A stretch of 59,080 nucleotides of DNA from an uncultured Alphaproteobacteria bacterium (GTDB lineage: Bacteria; Pseudomonadota; Alphaproteobacteria; Rs-D84). Positions 1-9,497 of this stretch are shown piece by piece. A program made the translations under genes and the position numbers. How positions within the stretch are numbered: the first letter of the stretch is position 1; every line of letters starts with the position of its first letter. Location: NCBI GenBank assembly GCA_944389235.1, contig CALXLO010000005.1, positions 1 through 59,080 on the forward strand, in the 5' to 3' direction. Below the pieces are notes generated by a model. The model searched no databases. It was not told where the DNA came from and was given only the letters and a program-made list of their open reading frames with translations.

Positions 1-317
1 AACCACCTGTGTTTTTCTGGTGGTTTTTGTTTATATTTTTATGGGGGTTAACATGGCAAAATCAAAAACCAAAGCAGGATTATTTGACGAATTGCTAAAC
101 GCATATTGTACATTGTTTACTTTGCTGGAACGCATAAAGCCAATCGTAATGGCGGAACTGGAATCACAACGGCGCGCATATTCATCCCCAAAATTCAAAC
201 ATTCAAGATTAAAATAAATTTTGTAATAAAAAACAACTATACTAAGTTGAACTATTATCAAACGCCCCTGCGCTGCGGGATGCATCCCCATGCACAAAAT
301 AAAATCGCCCGTTGGGC
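1..317 (+). repeat. Cassette copy 1 (end of C4-like RNA, terminator, 54-aa ORF, 3' flank); inverted near-identical copy at 26518-26834
   Basis: 1-317 matches the reverse complement of 26518-26834 with few differences; 1-217 also matches 589-805. Confidence 0.9.
53..217 (+). CDS. 54-aa orphan protein, copy 1 (MAKSKTKAGLFDELL...)
   Basis: GGGGG RBS-like run before ATG53; reading frame kept in three copies with amino-acid variation. Confidence 0.7.
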   Translation: MAKSKTKAGLFDELLNAYCTLFTLLERIKPIVMAELESQRRAYSSPKFKHSRLK

Positions 318-407
318 AAAAAAAACAGCCACACTTCGCGCCAGGCTTCATGGGGTACTAAAATTTTTTAATCTTACCGGGCAAATTGAATATAAATTGA
401 TTTACAT

Positions 408-436
408 TTTACTTTTATAAAATCTAATGGTATGAT
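408..436 (+). promoter_or_regulatory. Putative sigma70 promoter of C4-like module 2
   Basis: TTTACT-17 nt-TATGAT with upstream TG, ending ~7 nt before the first leader hairpin. Confidence 0.5.
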
Positions 437-444
437 TTTGATTG

Positions 445-525
445 GCAAGGGCGTATTGCTCTTGCTGGGGCTTTTCAACCCTGCGTATAGCGTCAGAGTA
501 TGACGATACAATACTCCAACTTTTT
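445..525 (+). promoter_or_regulatory. Structured leader with a1/b1 target sites of C4-like RNA
   Basis: Hairpin 445-465; hairpin 467-482 with loop TTTTCAA (a1, 472-478); CGTATAG (b1, 484-490); alternative strand ACTCCAAC 513-520. Confidence 0.7.
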
Positions 526-595
526 GGTTGGAGTGCGGTGAATATATCGAATAAACCGCGCAATTCTATACGATTGTTGAAAAACTCCAACCACC
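526..595 (+). ncRNA. C4-like antisense RNA (three-way junction)
   Basis: P1 526-534/584-592, P2 535-539/555-559, P3 560-564/573-577 with loop CTATACG (b'), bulge TTGAAAA (a'); ends CCACC; covaries with the copy at 26828-26900. Confidence 0.75.
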
Positions 596-620
596 TGCAT
601 TTTTCTGGTGGTTTTTGTTT
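589..620 (+). terminator. Intrinsic terminator overlapping the 3' strand of the C4-like RNA
   Basis: AACCACC...GGTGGTT followed by T-run; same element at 1-30 and in the 26.8 kb copy. Confidence 0.65.
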
Positions 621-640
621 ATATTTTTATGGGGGTTAAC

Positions 641-805
641 ATGGCAAAATCAAAAACCAAAGCAGAACTATTTGACGAATTGCTAAACGCATATTGTACA
701 TTGTTTACTTTGCTGGAACGCATAAAGCCAATCGTAATGGCGGAACTGGAATCAAAACAGCGCGCATATTCATCAAAAAATTTCCAAAATTCAAGATTAA
801 AATGA
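641..805 (+). CDS. 54-aa orphan protein, copy 2
   Basis: Near-identical to 53-217, same RBS. Confidence 0.7.
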   Translation: MAKSKTKAELFDELLNAYCTLFTLLERIKPIVMAELESKQRAYSSKNFQNSRLK

Positions 806-818
806 TGCTAAAAAAAGA

Positions 819-832
819 CCGGCATTTGCCGG
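819..832. terminator. CCGGC-N4-GCCGG bidirectional terminator family (also 2918, 7550, 9462, 13196, 18168, 33741, 34841, 39511, 52328)
   Basis: Near-identical palindrome flanked by A- and T-runs at gene 3' ends. Confidence 0.85.
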
Positions 833-837
833 CCTTT

Positions 838-2055
838 TTATTCATATCGCAGACTGTCAATTGGATTCAGTTTTGCCGCTTTCATTGCCGGCATAACCCC
901 AGATGCCAATCCGACCACAATCGCGACACTGACCGATACCACAACCGGCCATGCACTGAATGGTACTTCATACCCCATTATAAATCGTCCAATACCCTGG
1001 GACAGACCGACACCAAACAATAATCCAACCATAGAGCCAATAAAAGAAATTAAAATTGCTTCGGATAAAAATTGAATAATGATATGGCGTTCACGGGCAC
1101 CAATTGCTTTGCGTATGCCGATTTCGCGTGTGCGTTCTGCAACCGATACCAACATCATATTCATAATACCAATAGAACCAACTAATAACGATACAGCTGC
1201 AATTGCAACCAACAGCATGGTCATATATCCTGTTACGGTATCCATTGCCTCCATAACCTGCTTCATATCCATAATTTGAAAATCGTCGGCTTCGTCATCT
1301 GCCAGTTTATGTCGGTCGCGCAACAATGCTGTTATTTGTTCAATTGCCAGTGCATTATCTGCCCCGTCTTTTAGTTTTAATGTAATCATGCTTACAGAAT
1401 TTGGGAATCGACTGCCTTGCAGACGCTTTTTTAGTGTAGTAATTGGTATAATAACCATATCATCTTGGCTGCCCATTGCGGAATCACCGCGTTCTTTGGT
1501 AACACCGATGATTGTAAAAGGCATATTTTGAACACGGATAACTTCGCCAACTGGGTTTTCTGGCATATTTAATTCTTCGGCTGTTTGGGGTCCAATAACT
1601 GCGTATGTTGAACCATTGCGCACGGCCGCCTGGTTAAAAAATGTGCCGTATTTCATTTCCAGATTTTGTACCTGTTCATATCCTGGGTACACGCCAACCA
1701 TTGATGATGCCCAGTTTTGATTACCGTATATAATCTGGGCTGCGCTGTTTTGTACTGGGCTGAATGCGGCAACATCAGGTAATTGTCCGATAAATTCACC
1801 ATCTTGCATAGTCAAAGTTTGGCGATTGCCAGTACGCACACCCGCGCTTTGCGCCGCGCCCGCGCGAATCATAATCGTTCCTGTCCCCAGTGATGAAAAT
1901 TGGTCGCTGATTTGTTTTGACACTGTTTCACCAACTGCGACCATTATAACCACCGCCATAACGCCAATGATAATACCCAGTACTGTCAGGAAAGAACGGA
2001 TTTTATTTCCACTGATAGACAGCCATGATTCTTTGAATATATCGTTAAATGTCAT
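838..2055 (-). CDS. MacB/FtsX-family ABC transporter permease
   Basis: RSFLTVLGIIIGV, GIMNMMLVSVAERTREIGIRKAIGA, C-terminal LNPIDSLRYE. Confidence 0.95.
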   Translation of the reverse strand: MTFNDIFKESWLSISGNKIRSFLTVLGIIIGVMAVVIMVAVGETVSKQISDQFSSLGTGTIMIRAGAAQSAGVRTGNRQTLTMQDGEFIGQLPDVAAFSPVQNSAAQIIYGNQNWASSMVGVYPGYEQVQNLEMKYGTFFNQAAVRNGSTYAVIGPQTAEELNMPENPVGEVIRVQNMPFTIIGVTKERGDSAMGSQDDMVIIPITTLKKRLQGSRFPNSVSMITLKLKDGADNALAIEQITALLRDRHKLADDEADDFQIMDMKQVMEAMDTVTGYMTMLLVAIAAVSLLVGSIGIMNMMLVSVAERTREIGIRKAIGARERHIIIQFLSEAILISFIGSMVGLLFGVGLSQGIGRFIMGYEVPFSAWPVVVSVSVAIVVGLASGVMPAMKAAKLNPIDSLRYE

Positions 2056-2084
2056 TATACAAATCCATTTTTATTATTATGTTA

Positions 2085-2849
2085 TTATTGATGTTGTTGC
2101 AACACGCGTTCATCACGCGGTACGCGCCCGTCGTATGTTATGCGCCCGTCATAGATATGAATCAGACGCTGGGAATATTGGGCAATTTCAAATTCATGGG
2201 TTATCATGACAATTGTAATGCCCATTTCTTGATTTAATTTCTTAAAAAATGTCAGAATATCATTACCCATTTTACTGTCCAGCGCACCTGTTGGTTCGTC
2301 TGCCAAAATTAATTTTGGATTCCCCGCCAATGCGCGTGCGATTGCAACGCGTTGCTTCATTCCGCCCGACAGTTGTGTTGGCAAATAAGATTCAAAATTT
2401 TCCAGCCCCACCCGATGCAACATTTCGCGCGCGCGGCGTATGCGTTCATCCATCGGTAATCCGCGATACATCAGTGGCAACATTACATTATCCAACACAC
2501 TGCGTTTTGCCAACAAATTAAATTGCTGAAACACAAACCCGATGTATTCATTGCGAACGACGGCCAATTCGTCTGTGGTCAGATTGGTAACATCTTTGCC
2601 ATACAGTTTGTATGTGCCACTGGTTGGGGTATCCAGCGCACCGATAATATTCATACATGTTGACTTACCACTGCCTGATGGCCCCATGATAGATACAAAT
2701 TCACCCTGGTTAACATCAAAGGTTATATCAAATAGAACTTGCTGTTCGCCACCCATTTCAACCGGAAAACTTTTACATATTTTGTTTAATGAAATTATAT
2801 TTACCGGTGCGGATTTGGTGGATTTATCCGATTTTGTTTTCATAGACAT
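2085..2849 (-). CDS. ABC transporter ATP-binding protein (MacB/LolD-like)
   Basis: GPSGSGKST, LSGGMKQRVAIARAL, ADEPTGALD. Confidence 0.95.
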   Translation of the reverse strand: MSMKTKSDKSTKSAPVNIISLNKICKSFPVEMGGEQQVLFDITFDVNQGEFVSIMGPSGSGKSTCMNIIGALDTPTSGTYKLYGKDVTNLTTDELAVVRNEYIGFVFQQFNLLAKRSVLDNVMLPLMYRGLPMDERIRRAREMLHRVGLENFESYLPTQLSGGMKQRVAIARALAGNPKLILADEPTGALDSKMGNDILTFFKKLNQEMGITIVMITHEFEIAQYSQRLIHIYDGRITYDGRVPRDERVLQQHQ

Positions 2850-2949
2850 TCTCTTGCTCTGTTCAATTATTTATCACAAATTATATCACGCATAACAAAA
2901 AAATTCATGTAAAAAAACCGGCATTTGCCGGTTTTTTTGCTTATTTTTA

Positions 2950-4131
2950 TTATCTGGGTGGTCCCATACGAACACTGGACGAACCAGACGATGATAACCC
3001 ATACCGACCAAATATTATGCGGTCGCCATCTTGGATTTCATCAGATATAATTTCTGTTTCGGTTGCGGTTACCAATCCTTTTTCATACGGTATTAACAGC
3101 ACTGTTGATTTACCATCAACAATGCGTTGAATTGCCAGATGTGTTGACGGTGTTGCATCGCCTGGGTTATCAACAATACCATCAAAACTGCGCAGGATTA
3201 ATGCAGAATTTTGCACTTTCCATACATCTGTTTTTTCAGAAATTAAAATGGTAACAAACGCTGTCATTCCTGGTTTCAGGCGCAAATCGCTGTTATCAAC
3301 ATCAATTACCACGGTGTATACCACAACATTTGATGTAATTGTCGGCGACAAGCGGACTTGACGCACATTACCAACAAATGTTTGTGTTGGATAGGCATCA
3401 ACAGTAAATGTTACTTCTTGTCCTTCTTGAATCATGCCGATATCAGCCTCGGACACGGCGGTTTCAATTTGCATTTTTGATAAATCTTCGGCAATTTCAA
3501 ACAAGTCTGGTGTTTGAAAAGATGCCGCAACAGTTTGACCCACATCAACCTGGCGCGAAATAACAGTGCCGTCAACCGGTGATGTAATTGTGGCATAGCC
3601 CAAATTGGTTACCGCACGGTCATATTGTGATTGCATGCGTTTAACAGACTGTTCTGCCTGTTCATATGTGGTCAAAGATTGTTCTAATTCGGCACGCGCA
3701 ATAATATCGTCTTCGTATAATATTTTATTGCGTTCGTATTCACTTTTTGCATAGTTGCGTTGTGATTCTGCACTGACCAGTGATGCTTTGGCTTCATCAA
3801 CCGATGCTTGTAATACAGACGGTTCTATTTCCAGCAATACATCGCCCTTTTTTACCTTGGAATTATAGTCAACATAAATTGCGGCAATTGTACCACTGAC
3901 CTGGGAACCGACATTAATTGTATTTAATGGTTGAATTTCACCAGTTGCGGTTACCACTTGGCGTAAATCGCCGCGATAAATTGTCGCAGTTGCAAATCCC
4001 GCAGATTGATTGCCAGAATTTCCACCCATGAAATATGCCAACGCGCCTGCGACGACAATAAATAATAAAATCCACAATTTGCGGCGTTTAATCCACGCCC
4101 ATACGCCAGACTTTTTGGGTTCTTTATTCAT
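2950..4131 (-). CDS. MacA-like efflux periplasmic adaptor subunit
   Basis: N-terminal TM helix, VGSQVSGTI and ITSPVDGTVI lipoyl motifs, GQTVAASFQTP. Confidence 0.93.
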   Translation of the reverse strand: MNKEPKKSGVWAWIKRRKLWILLFIVVAGALAYFMGGNSGNQSAGFATATIYRGDLRQVVTATGEIQPLNTINVGSQVSGTIAAIYVDYNSKVKKGDVLLEIEPSVLQASVDEAKASLVSAESQRNYAKSEYERNKILYEDDIIARAELEQSLTTYEQAEQSVKRMQSQYDRAVTNLGYATITSPVDGTVISRQVDVGQTVAASFQTPDLFEIAEDLSKMQIETAVSEADIGMIQEGQEVTFTVDAYPTQTFVGNVRQVRLSPTITSNVVVYTVVIDVDNSDLRLKPGMTAFVTILISEKTDVWKVQNSALILRSFDGIVDNPGDATPSTHLAIQRIVDGKSTVLLIPYEKGLVTATETEIISDEIQDGDRIIFGRYGLSSSGSSSVRMGPPR

Positions 4132-5452
4132 TTATAATGCCCTCCTCTATTAAACCATCTTTGATATCGCCGATTGCCAGCGCCAATGCAGCCCGTTTGG
4201 TAAACAAGTCATATTTTGCCGCATTATTTTGTTTATGTGCGTCTGCCAAGTCTGCCAACGCCTGTTGCCAATCCAGCATAGTTGCCTTGCCAACCTTGTA
4301 CATACCGGCGGTAACATTTTCAGATTCACGCGCAGATGCCAACAGTGCTGCGGTCTGGGTCAACACAGTTTGTGCAGTTTTGTAATTTTGATACGCGGTA
4401 AAAACATCCAGCACCGCATTATCTGTTGTTTGTCGTTCTTGTTCTTGGGCGCGTTCATAGTTCGCCTGGGCAGCGCGACTGCTGTAATAATTTGAAAAGC
4501 CGGTAAATATCGGCATAGATGCACGAATACCAATACTGCCACTGATTTGGTCTTGACCCGCGTTGAACACATCAGACGGTGTGTTGTTCCAAGACAAACT
4601 GCCGCTGGCTGATATTGTTGGCAAATTAGATAAAAATGTGCTGTTTCTGCGATGCCATGCTGCATCTTTGTTGGCCGACGCACGCAATAAATCTGGTCGT
4701 TTTTGTCGCGCGATTTCAATTAATTCATCTATATTTTTATTTTCCGATTCAGAACCAAATTCAGCCGGCATATCGGCAATTGCTATATCTTGGTCAGCCG
4801 GGAAAGACAATTTTGCCAATAAATTACCCTTGGCAATTTCACGATTATTTTTTGCGCGTTCCAGTTCTAGTTCACTGCTGGCCAATGTAACATCAGCCTT
4901 TAACACATCAGCCTTGGCAACGACACCGGCCTTGTATTTAGTATCTGCCATTTCTTTGGCGGTTTTTGATACCTGTTGTACAGCAGATGCTGTTATAACA
5001 TCTGCGTCGGCATTTAACAGTGCATAATATGCACCAATTATGCTGTATACATAGTTTTGTACCGATTCGCTGTAATCAAAGCCTGTTGCGCGCCAAGTGG
5101 CAATTAATTGGTTTACATCAGATAAACGCTTGCCAAAATCGAATATTAAATAAGACGCAGATATTGATGCGCCATACGACCAATTATCCCATTCACGGTT
5201 TCGGTATGGCAAGCTGGCAGATGCAGATGCACTGACCGATGGCAAGTATTGTGAATATCCGGCGTTTTTATTAAATCGCGCGGATTCCAGTGATAGATAT
5301 GCCGCCGCTGTTTCAGGATTGCGACACAGCCCCAGTTCAATAACTTGTTGCAGTGTTAACTCGCCATCTGGCACAGATGTCATTGTGCGACAATTTTCAG
5401 CCGCAAAAACCGGCACCGGCAACATGCATAATGCGATTAATAACTTTTTCAT
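4124..5452 (-). CDS. TolC-family outer membrane efflux protein
   Basis: Signal peptide MKKLLIAL; repeated YKAG/YKVG helical motifs; first gene of the exporter operon. Confidence 0.9.
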   Translation of the reverse strand: MKKLLIALCMLPVPVFAAENCRTMTSVPDGELTLQQVIELGLCRNPETAAAYLSLESARFNKNAGYSQYLPSVSASASASLPYRNREWDNWSYGASISASYLIFDFGKRLSDVNQLIATWRATGFDYSESVQNYVYSIIGAYYALLNADADVITASAVQQVSKTAKEMADTKYKAGVVAKADVLKADVTLASSELELERAKNNREIAKGNLLAKLSFPADQDIAIADMPAEFGSESENKNIDELIEIARQKRPDLLRASANKDAAWHRRNSTFLSNLPTISASGSLSWNNTPSDVFNAGQDQISGSIGIRASMPIFTGFSNYYSSRAAQANYERAQEQERQTTDNAVLDVFTAYQNYKTAQTVLTQTAALLASARESENVTAGMYKVGKATMLDWQQALADLADAHKQNNAAKYDLFTKRAALALAIGDIKDGLIEEGIINE

Positions 5453-5554
5453 TGATAAAAATCTCTCGTTATCCCCGTAATAATATATGTAATAATACAA
5501 TTTTTCTGTTGAATTACAAATTTTTTTTGCTTAGTATGATTGCACACAGTTGTT

Positions 5555-5628
5555 GGCCTGGTGGCAGAGTGGTTATGCAGAGGACTGCAAATCCTTGTAT
5601 GCCGGTTCGATTCCGACCCAGGCCTCCA
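5555..5628 (+). tRNA. tRNA-Cys(GCA)
   Basis: GGCCTGG/CCAGGCC acceptor, GCA anticodon, TTCGATT T-loop, CCA end. Confidence 0.95.
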
Positions 5629-5942
5629 AAAATCAAACATCCTGCAAGGGGTGTTTTATTTTTGGAAAATTGGAGCCATCGAACCGGCACGGTTCGCATA
5701 AGAGCAGGATTTTGCCAGCGCAAAATGTTTGCGCGCCGAAAAATCCGTGCGAATGGTGAGTCAAGTTGCGTTTAGCAACGGTTCCCGTATGCGCAGCGAT
5801 ACGGGAATGCGAACTTTCCGACCCAGGCCTCCAAAAATTAAACATCCCGCAAGGGGTGTTTTATTTTTGGAAAATTGGGGCCATCGAACCGGCGCGGTTC
5901 GCATAAGAGCAGGATTTTGCCAGCGCAAAATGTTTGCGCGCC
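5611..5942 (+). repeat. tRNA-Cys 3'-linked direct repeat (127 bp x2, period 205)
   Basis: 5611-5737 ~ 5816-5942; each begins with the last 18 nt of the tRNA plus a terminator hairpin. Confidence 0.9.
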
Positions 5943-5987
5943 TGATGTTTTCTTGTATTTTGCATTTTTGCGGTGTATTATCGGGCT

Positions 5988-7079
5988 ATGATAAAAACAC
6001 TGACTTTGACGAATTTTCGCAATCATACAATGTGCCGACTGTATACTAATAATCGGCATAATATAATTATAACCGGTCCAAATGGTGCGGGTAAAACCGC
6101 TGTACTAGAAGCGGTATCAATGCTGTCTGGCGACCGCGGAATGCGTGGTGCCCCGATGACTGATATTGCGCGCTTTGGCGGTGATGGCGGTTTTTCTGTT
6201 TTTGCAGAATTAAACGATGAAACGGAAATATCTGTATCTTATGCATCCGGCGACACAAATCGGCGGGCGCGTATTGATGGCGATGTGGCAACCATTGGCG
6301 ATTTAGCCGCGCGCTTGCGCATGGTGTGGTTAACCCCACGCGAAGACAGAATTTTTATTGATGCTGCGGCTGGGCGACGCGCGTTTTTTGACCGTATGGT
6401 TGCCAGTTTTGATGCCGCGCATGCTGGGCGTGTGGCGCGATTGACAAAGTTATTGGGGGAACGCGCATTTGCATTAAAGTGTGGACGCGATTCGCGTTGG
6501 TTGGACGCGCTGGATGTGCAAATTGCGGCAACAGCTGTTTCTGTTGCTGTGGCCCGCGTGCAATATGCAGGTCAGTTAAATTATTTCTTGACCCGGTGCG
6601 CGGTATCTGTATCTGGTATGGTTGAACAGATGTTAATTAATGGCGGTGCTGCGGGGGCTGTGGAACGCGATTATATGGAATATTTGATACATAATCGTGA
6701 ATTGGCGGGCGATAAAATGATTCTTGATGGACCGCATAAGTTTGATTTCAGTGTGTTTAATATCGCGCTGAACTTACCTGCCCCGTTAACCAGCACCGGT
6801 CAGCAAAAGGCTGTCTTGCTGGATTTAATATTGGCACATGCGCGACTGATACATACAAAAACAAATAACCGTCCGTTGATTTTATTGGATGAAGCCGCCG
6901 CCCATTTAGACGAAAATGCGCGGGCGCAATTGTTTGCAGACTTGGGTGCGGCTGATGCACAAGTATGGGCAACCGGTCTGGACGAAAATATTTTTGCAAA
7001 TGTCCCAGATGCAACATTTGTTGCTTGCATGAACGGTGAAATAAATAATATACTGGTTCCGGGATGTACAAATGAGTAA
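5988..7079 (+). CDS. recF: DNA replication/repair protein RecF
   Basis: LTNFRNH, GPNGAGKT, STGQQK, LLDEAAAHLD. Confidence 0.9.
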   Translation: MIKTLTLTNFRNHTMCRLYTNNRHNIIITGPNGAGKTAVLEAVSMLSGDRGMRGAPMTDIARFGGDGGFSVFAELNDETEISVSYASGDTNRRARIDGDVATIGDLAARLRMVWLTPREDRIFIDAAAGRRAFFDRMVASFDAAHAGRVARLTKLLGERAFALKCGRDSRWLDALDVQIAATAVSVAVARVQYAGQLNYFLTRCAVSVSGMVEQMLINGGAAGAVERDYMEYLIHNRELAGDKMILDGPHKFDFSVFNIALNLPAPLTSTGQQKAVLLDLILAHARLIHTKTNNRPLILLDEAAAHLDENARAQLFADLGAADAQVWATGLDENIFANVPDATFVACMNGEINNILVPGCTNE

Positions 7080-7542
7080 TATTGATTATCAAACATTATT
7101 AGATAACGCATTAAAGTCTGTGGTCAAAGACGCATTGATTCATGCACAATTTAACGGCTTGGGCGACGGGGCACACTTTTATATAACATTCAAAACGCGT
7201 GCACCGGGGGTTGTTTTGCCGGATTTCTTGCGTATACGCTATCCTGATATAATGACAATTGTATTGCAATATTCGTATAATAATTTGCATGTATCGGACA
7301 AAGAATTTGGTGTCCAGTTAACTTTTGATGGTCGACCATTTTTTATTCGCGTGCCATTTTCTGCGCTGGTTGAATTCAAAGACCCATCTGTTGATTTTAT
7401 GCTGTCTTTCCAGCCCAAGACCGCGACCGCATCGGCGGATAATGATATGGAATTACCGCTGGATGAAAAAACAGAATCGGTACCAGATAATGGTCGCATT
7501 GTGTCATTGGATGAATTTAGAAAAAACAGAAATAAACACTAA
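7072..7542 (+). CDS. sspB: ClpXP adaptor SspB (alphaproteobacterial type)
   Basis: HFYITFKTRAPGV, YPDIMTIVLQY, C-terminal IVSLDEFRK. Confidence 0.88.
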   Translation: MSNIDYQTLLDNALKSVVKDALIHAQFNGLGDGAHFYITFKTRAPGVVLPDFLRIRYPDIMTIVLQYSYNNLHVSDKEFGVQLTFDGRPFFIRVPFSALVEFKDPSVDFMLSFQPKTATASADNDMELPLDEKTESVPDNGRIVSLDEFRKNRNKH

Positions 7543-7570
7543 AAAAATACCGGCATTTGCCGGTCTTTTT

Positions 7571-8122
7571 TTATTGTTTTACAGGTGAAATAATAATTGA
7601 TTTTGTTCGTTCGTCGGGTTTAGATTTTGATTCCAGTGTACCGCGTTCACCAACAATTTCCATTATATGTGCAAACAATTCTGGCACTGCATCTTTGCCG
7701 CGCGCTAAAACTTTTTTTGAACCGCGGGTCATAACAGCGACTTTAACCTTGTTGCCTTCGTCTAAAAATTCAAAGACCTTTTTCATTTTTATATTCAGGT
7801 CATTTTCTTCTATGAAAGGTTTTACCCAAACTTCTTTCATGCCAACTGTTTTTTGGTTGCGTTTTGCCTCAGCCGCGCGTTTTTTTTGCTCATATTTATA
7901 TTTACCAAAATCCATGATTTTAGTAATTGGCACTGCGCCATTTGAACTGATTTCAACCAAATCCAATCCTGTATCAGATGCCAACTGCAATGCTTGGGGT
8001 GTTGGCATTACCCCCAGATTTTCGCCATTATTACTGATTACCTGGACTGTTTTTGCAAATATACGATTGTTTACGCGTGGGCCGTTATCCCGGCGACTAT
8101 CACGATTTAATGTCGGTTTAAT
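7571..8122 (-). CDS. infC: Translation initiation factor IF-3 (ATT start)
   Basis: AAGGAG RBS then in-frame ATT at 8122; PRVNNRI, DLVEIS, KIMDFGKYKYE motifs. Confidence 0.93.
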   Translation of the reverse strand: MKPTLNRDSRRDNGPRVNNRIFAKTVQVISNNGENLGVMPTPQALQLASDTGLDLVEISSNGAVPITKIMDFGKYKYEQKKRAAEAKRNQKTVGMKEVWVKPFIEENDLNIKMKKVFEFLDEGNKVKVAVMTRGSKKVLARGKDAVPELFAHIMEIVGERGTLESKSKPDERTKSIIISPVKQ

Positions 8123-8170
8123 GGTATGCTCCTTTTGTTTTAATTTTTTATATCATATTGAAATTATTAT

Positions 8171-8941
8171 CTATTCATCTGCGTTTTTCAACAAATTTTG
8201 CGCAGATTGCAATGCGTTCCAAACATCGCGCTTTGCCGCAGGTTTTAATATCAAATAATTCGGGTGAAAAATCGGAATCAAATGCGCCCCAGATGTATGT
8301 GTAATTGCAACCCCGTGCCCATGTGGCAAAGAAATATTGCCGATTTCAGATGCTGCCACTGCGCCCAATGTTAAAATCAGTTGCGGATTCAAAAATTCTA
8401 AAATTCTGTTAACAAATGGGCGTGCTAAATCCAGTTCATCACGCGTTGGTGTGCGCCCCCCGGGGGTACGCCAAAACACTAATGGTACCAGTGATACATT
8501 TTCACGCGACATACCAATTGCGTTCAGCATTTTATCCAGTAATTCACCCGTGGCACCAGACAATATTCGTCCAGATGCGTCGTCATCAGCGCCGGGAACA
8601 TCTGTTATTATAACCATCCCGTTTGGTTCTGGTGCAATATGTGCCAAAACAACATTTGTTGCCCCAGAACGCAAAGGATGACAAAATTCCGCAATCATGC
8701 GTTGCAGTGAATTAATGTCTGTGGGTCGCGCCGCCATTGCCGCGGCGGTATCTGGCGACATTTGGTGTGTTGGCGCAATTGGTGGTACAATTGATGTCTG
8801 GGTGCGCGATAATTGTGGTGCGTTGGGCTGGGCATCTGGTGTACTGGTAATATTTTCAGCATTGCGTAAAACCATTGGCGTATCATCCAGTTCCCACAAA
8901 ACCCCAGCCATTTGCAAATCTTGCAATTCAGAATTATTCAT
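8171..8941 (-). CDS. Uracil-DNA glycosylase family protein (family-4-like)
   Basis: GELLDKMLNAIG, WRTPGGRTP, PIFHPNYL. Confidence 0.85.
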   Translation of the reverse strand: MNNSELQDLQMAGVLWELDDTPMVLRNAENITSTPDAQPNAPQLSRTQTSIVPPIAPTHQMSPDTAAAMAARPTDINSLQRMIAEFCHPLRSGATNVVLAHIAPEPNGMVIITDVPGADDDASGRILSGATGELLDKMLNAIGMSRENVSLVPLVFWRTPGGRTPTRDELDLARPFVNRILEFLNPQLILTLGAVAASEIGNISLPHGHGVAITHTSGAHLIPIFHPNYLILKPAAKRDVWNALQSAQNLLKNADE

Positions 8942-9019
8942 TTTTTGAATTTCCTTGATTTTTTTACCATTTTAATATAGACTAAAACACGAGCAACAGA
9001 AACTCAAGGGAGTATTTTC

Positions 9020-9436
9020 ATGAAAATAAAAAACTTTGCTATGTTGGCCGGTGTTGCCGGTTTGTTGGCGGCATGCGGTGGTTCAACAATTGTTGAACCG
9101 GCGGACTTGAATGACCAACGCGTATATTTTGCGTTTGATTCTTCGGAAATTTCTGATGAAGCACGCGATAACCTGTTGGGTCAGTCGCTGTATATGAAGA
9201 ATCATGGTGATGTCAAGATTCAAATTGCTGGTAATTGCGACGAACGCGGTTCCACAGAATATAACTTGGCATTGGGTGCGCGTCGTGCAAACGCAGCCAA
9301 AGAAGTTTTGGTTAACGACGGTATTGACCCGGCCCGTATTTCTACAATTTCTTATGGTAAAGAACGCCCATTGGTCCAGGGTACTGGCGAAGAAGTTTGG
9401 AAATGGAATCGTAATGCCACAACAACAGTTAAATAA
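9020..9436 (+). CDS. pal: Peptidoglycan-associated lipoprotein (OmpA family)
   Basis: Lipobox LAAC; CDERGSTEYNLALGARRA, ISYGKERP. Confidence 0.92.
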   Translation: MKIKNFAMLAGVAGLLAACGGSTIVEPADLNDQRVYFAFDSSEISDEARDNLLGQSLYMKNHGDVKIQIAGNCDERGSTEYNLALGARRANAAKEVLVNDGIDPARISTISYGKERPLVQGTGEEVWKWNRNATTTVK

Positions 9437-9497
9437 TTATTGTTTAATTGTAAAGAAAACACCGGCATTTGCCGGTGTTTTTTATATATTTTTTAAT

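Noticed and set aside
20-52. Longer starts for the 54-aa ORF (65-79 aa versions in the ORF track)
   Set aside because: Extensions run through the terminator and are not frame-conserved among copies; RBS supports MAKSK
5353-6059. ORFs across the tRNA-Cys repeat region
   Set aside because: Overlap the tRNA and structured repeats; no protein-like features
7557-8258. Long antisense ORFs (also 25659-26393, 37654-38256, 43268-43837 and similar)
   Set aside because: Shadows of well-supported genes on the opposite strand
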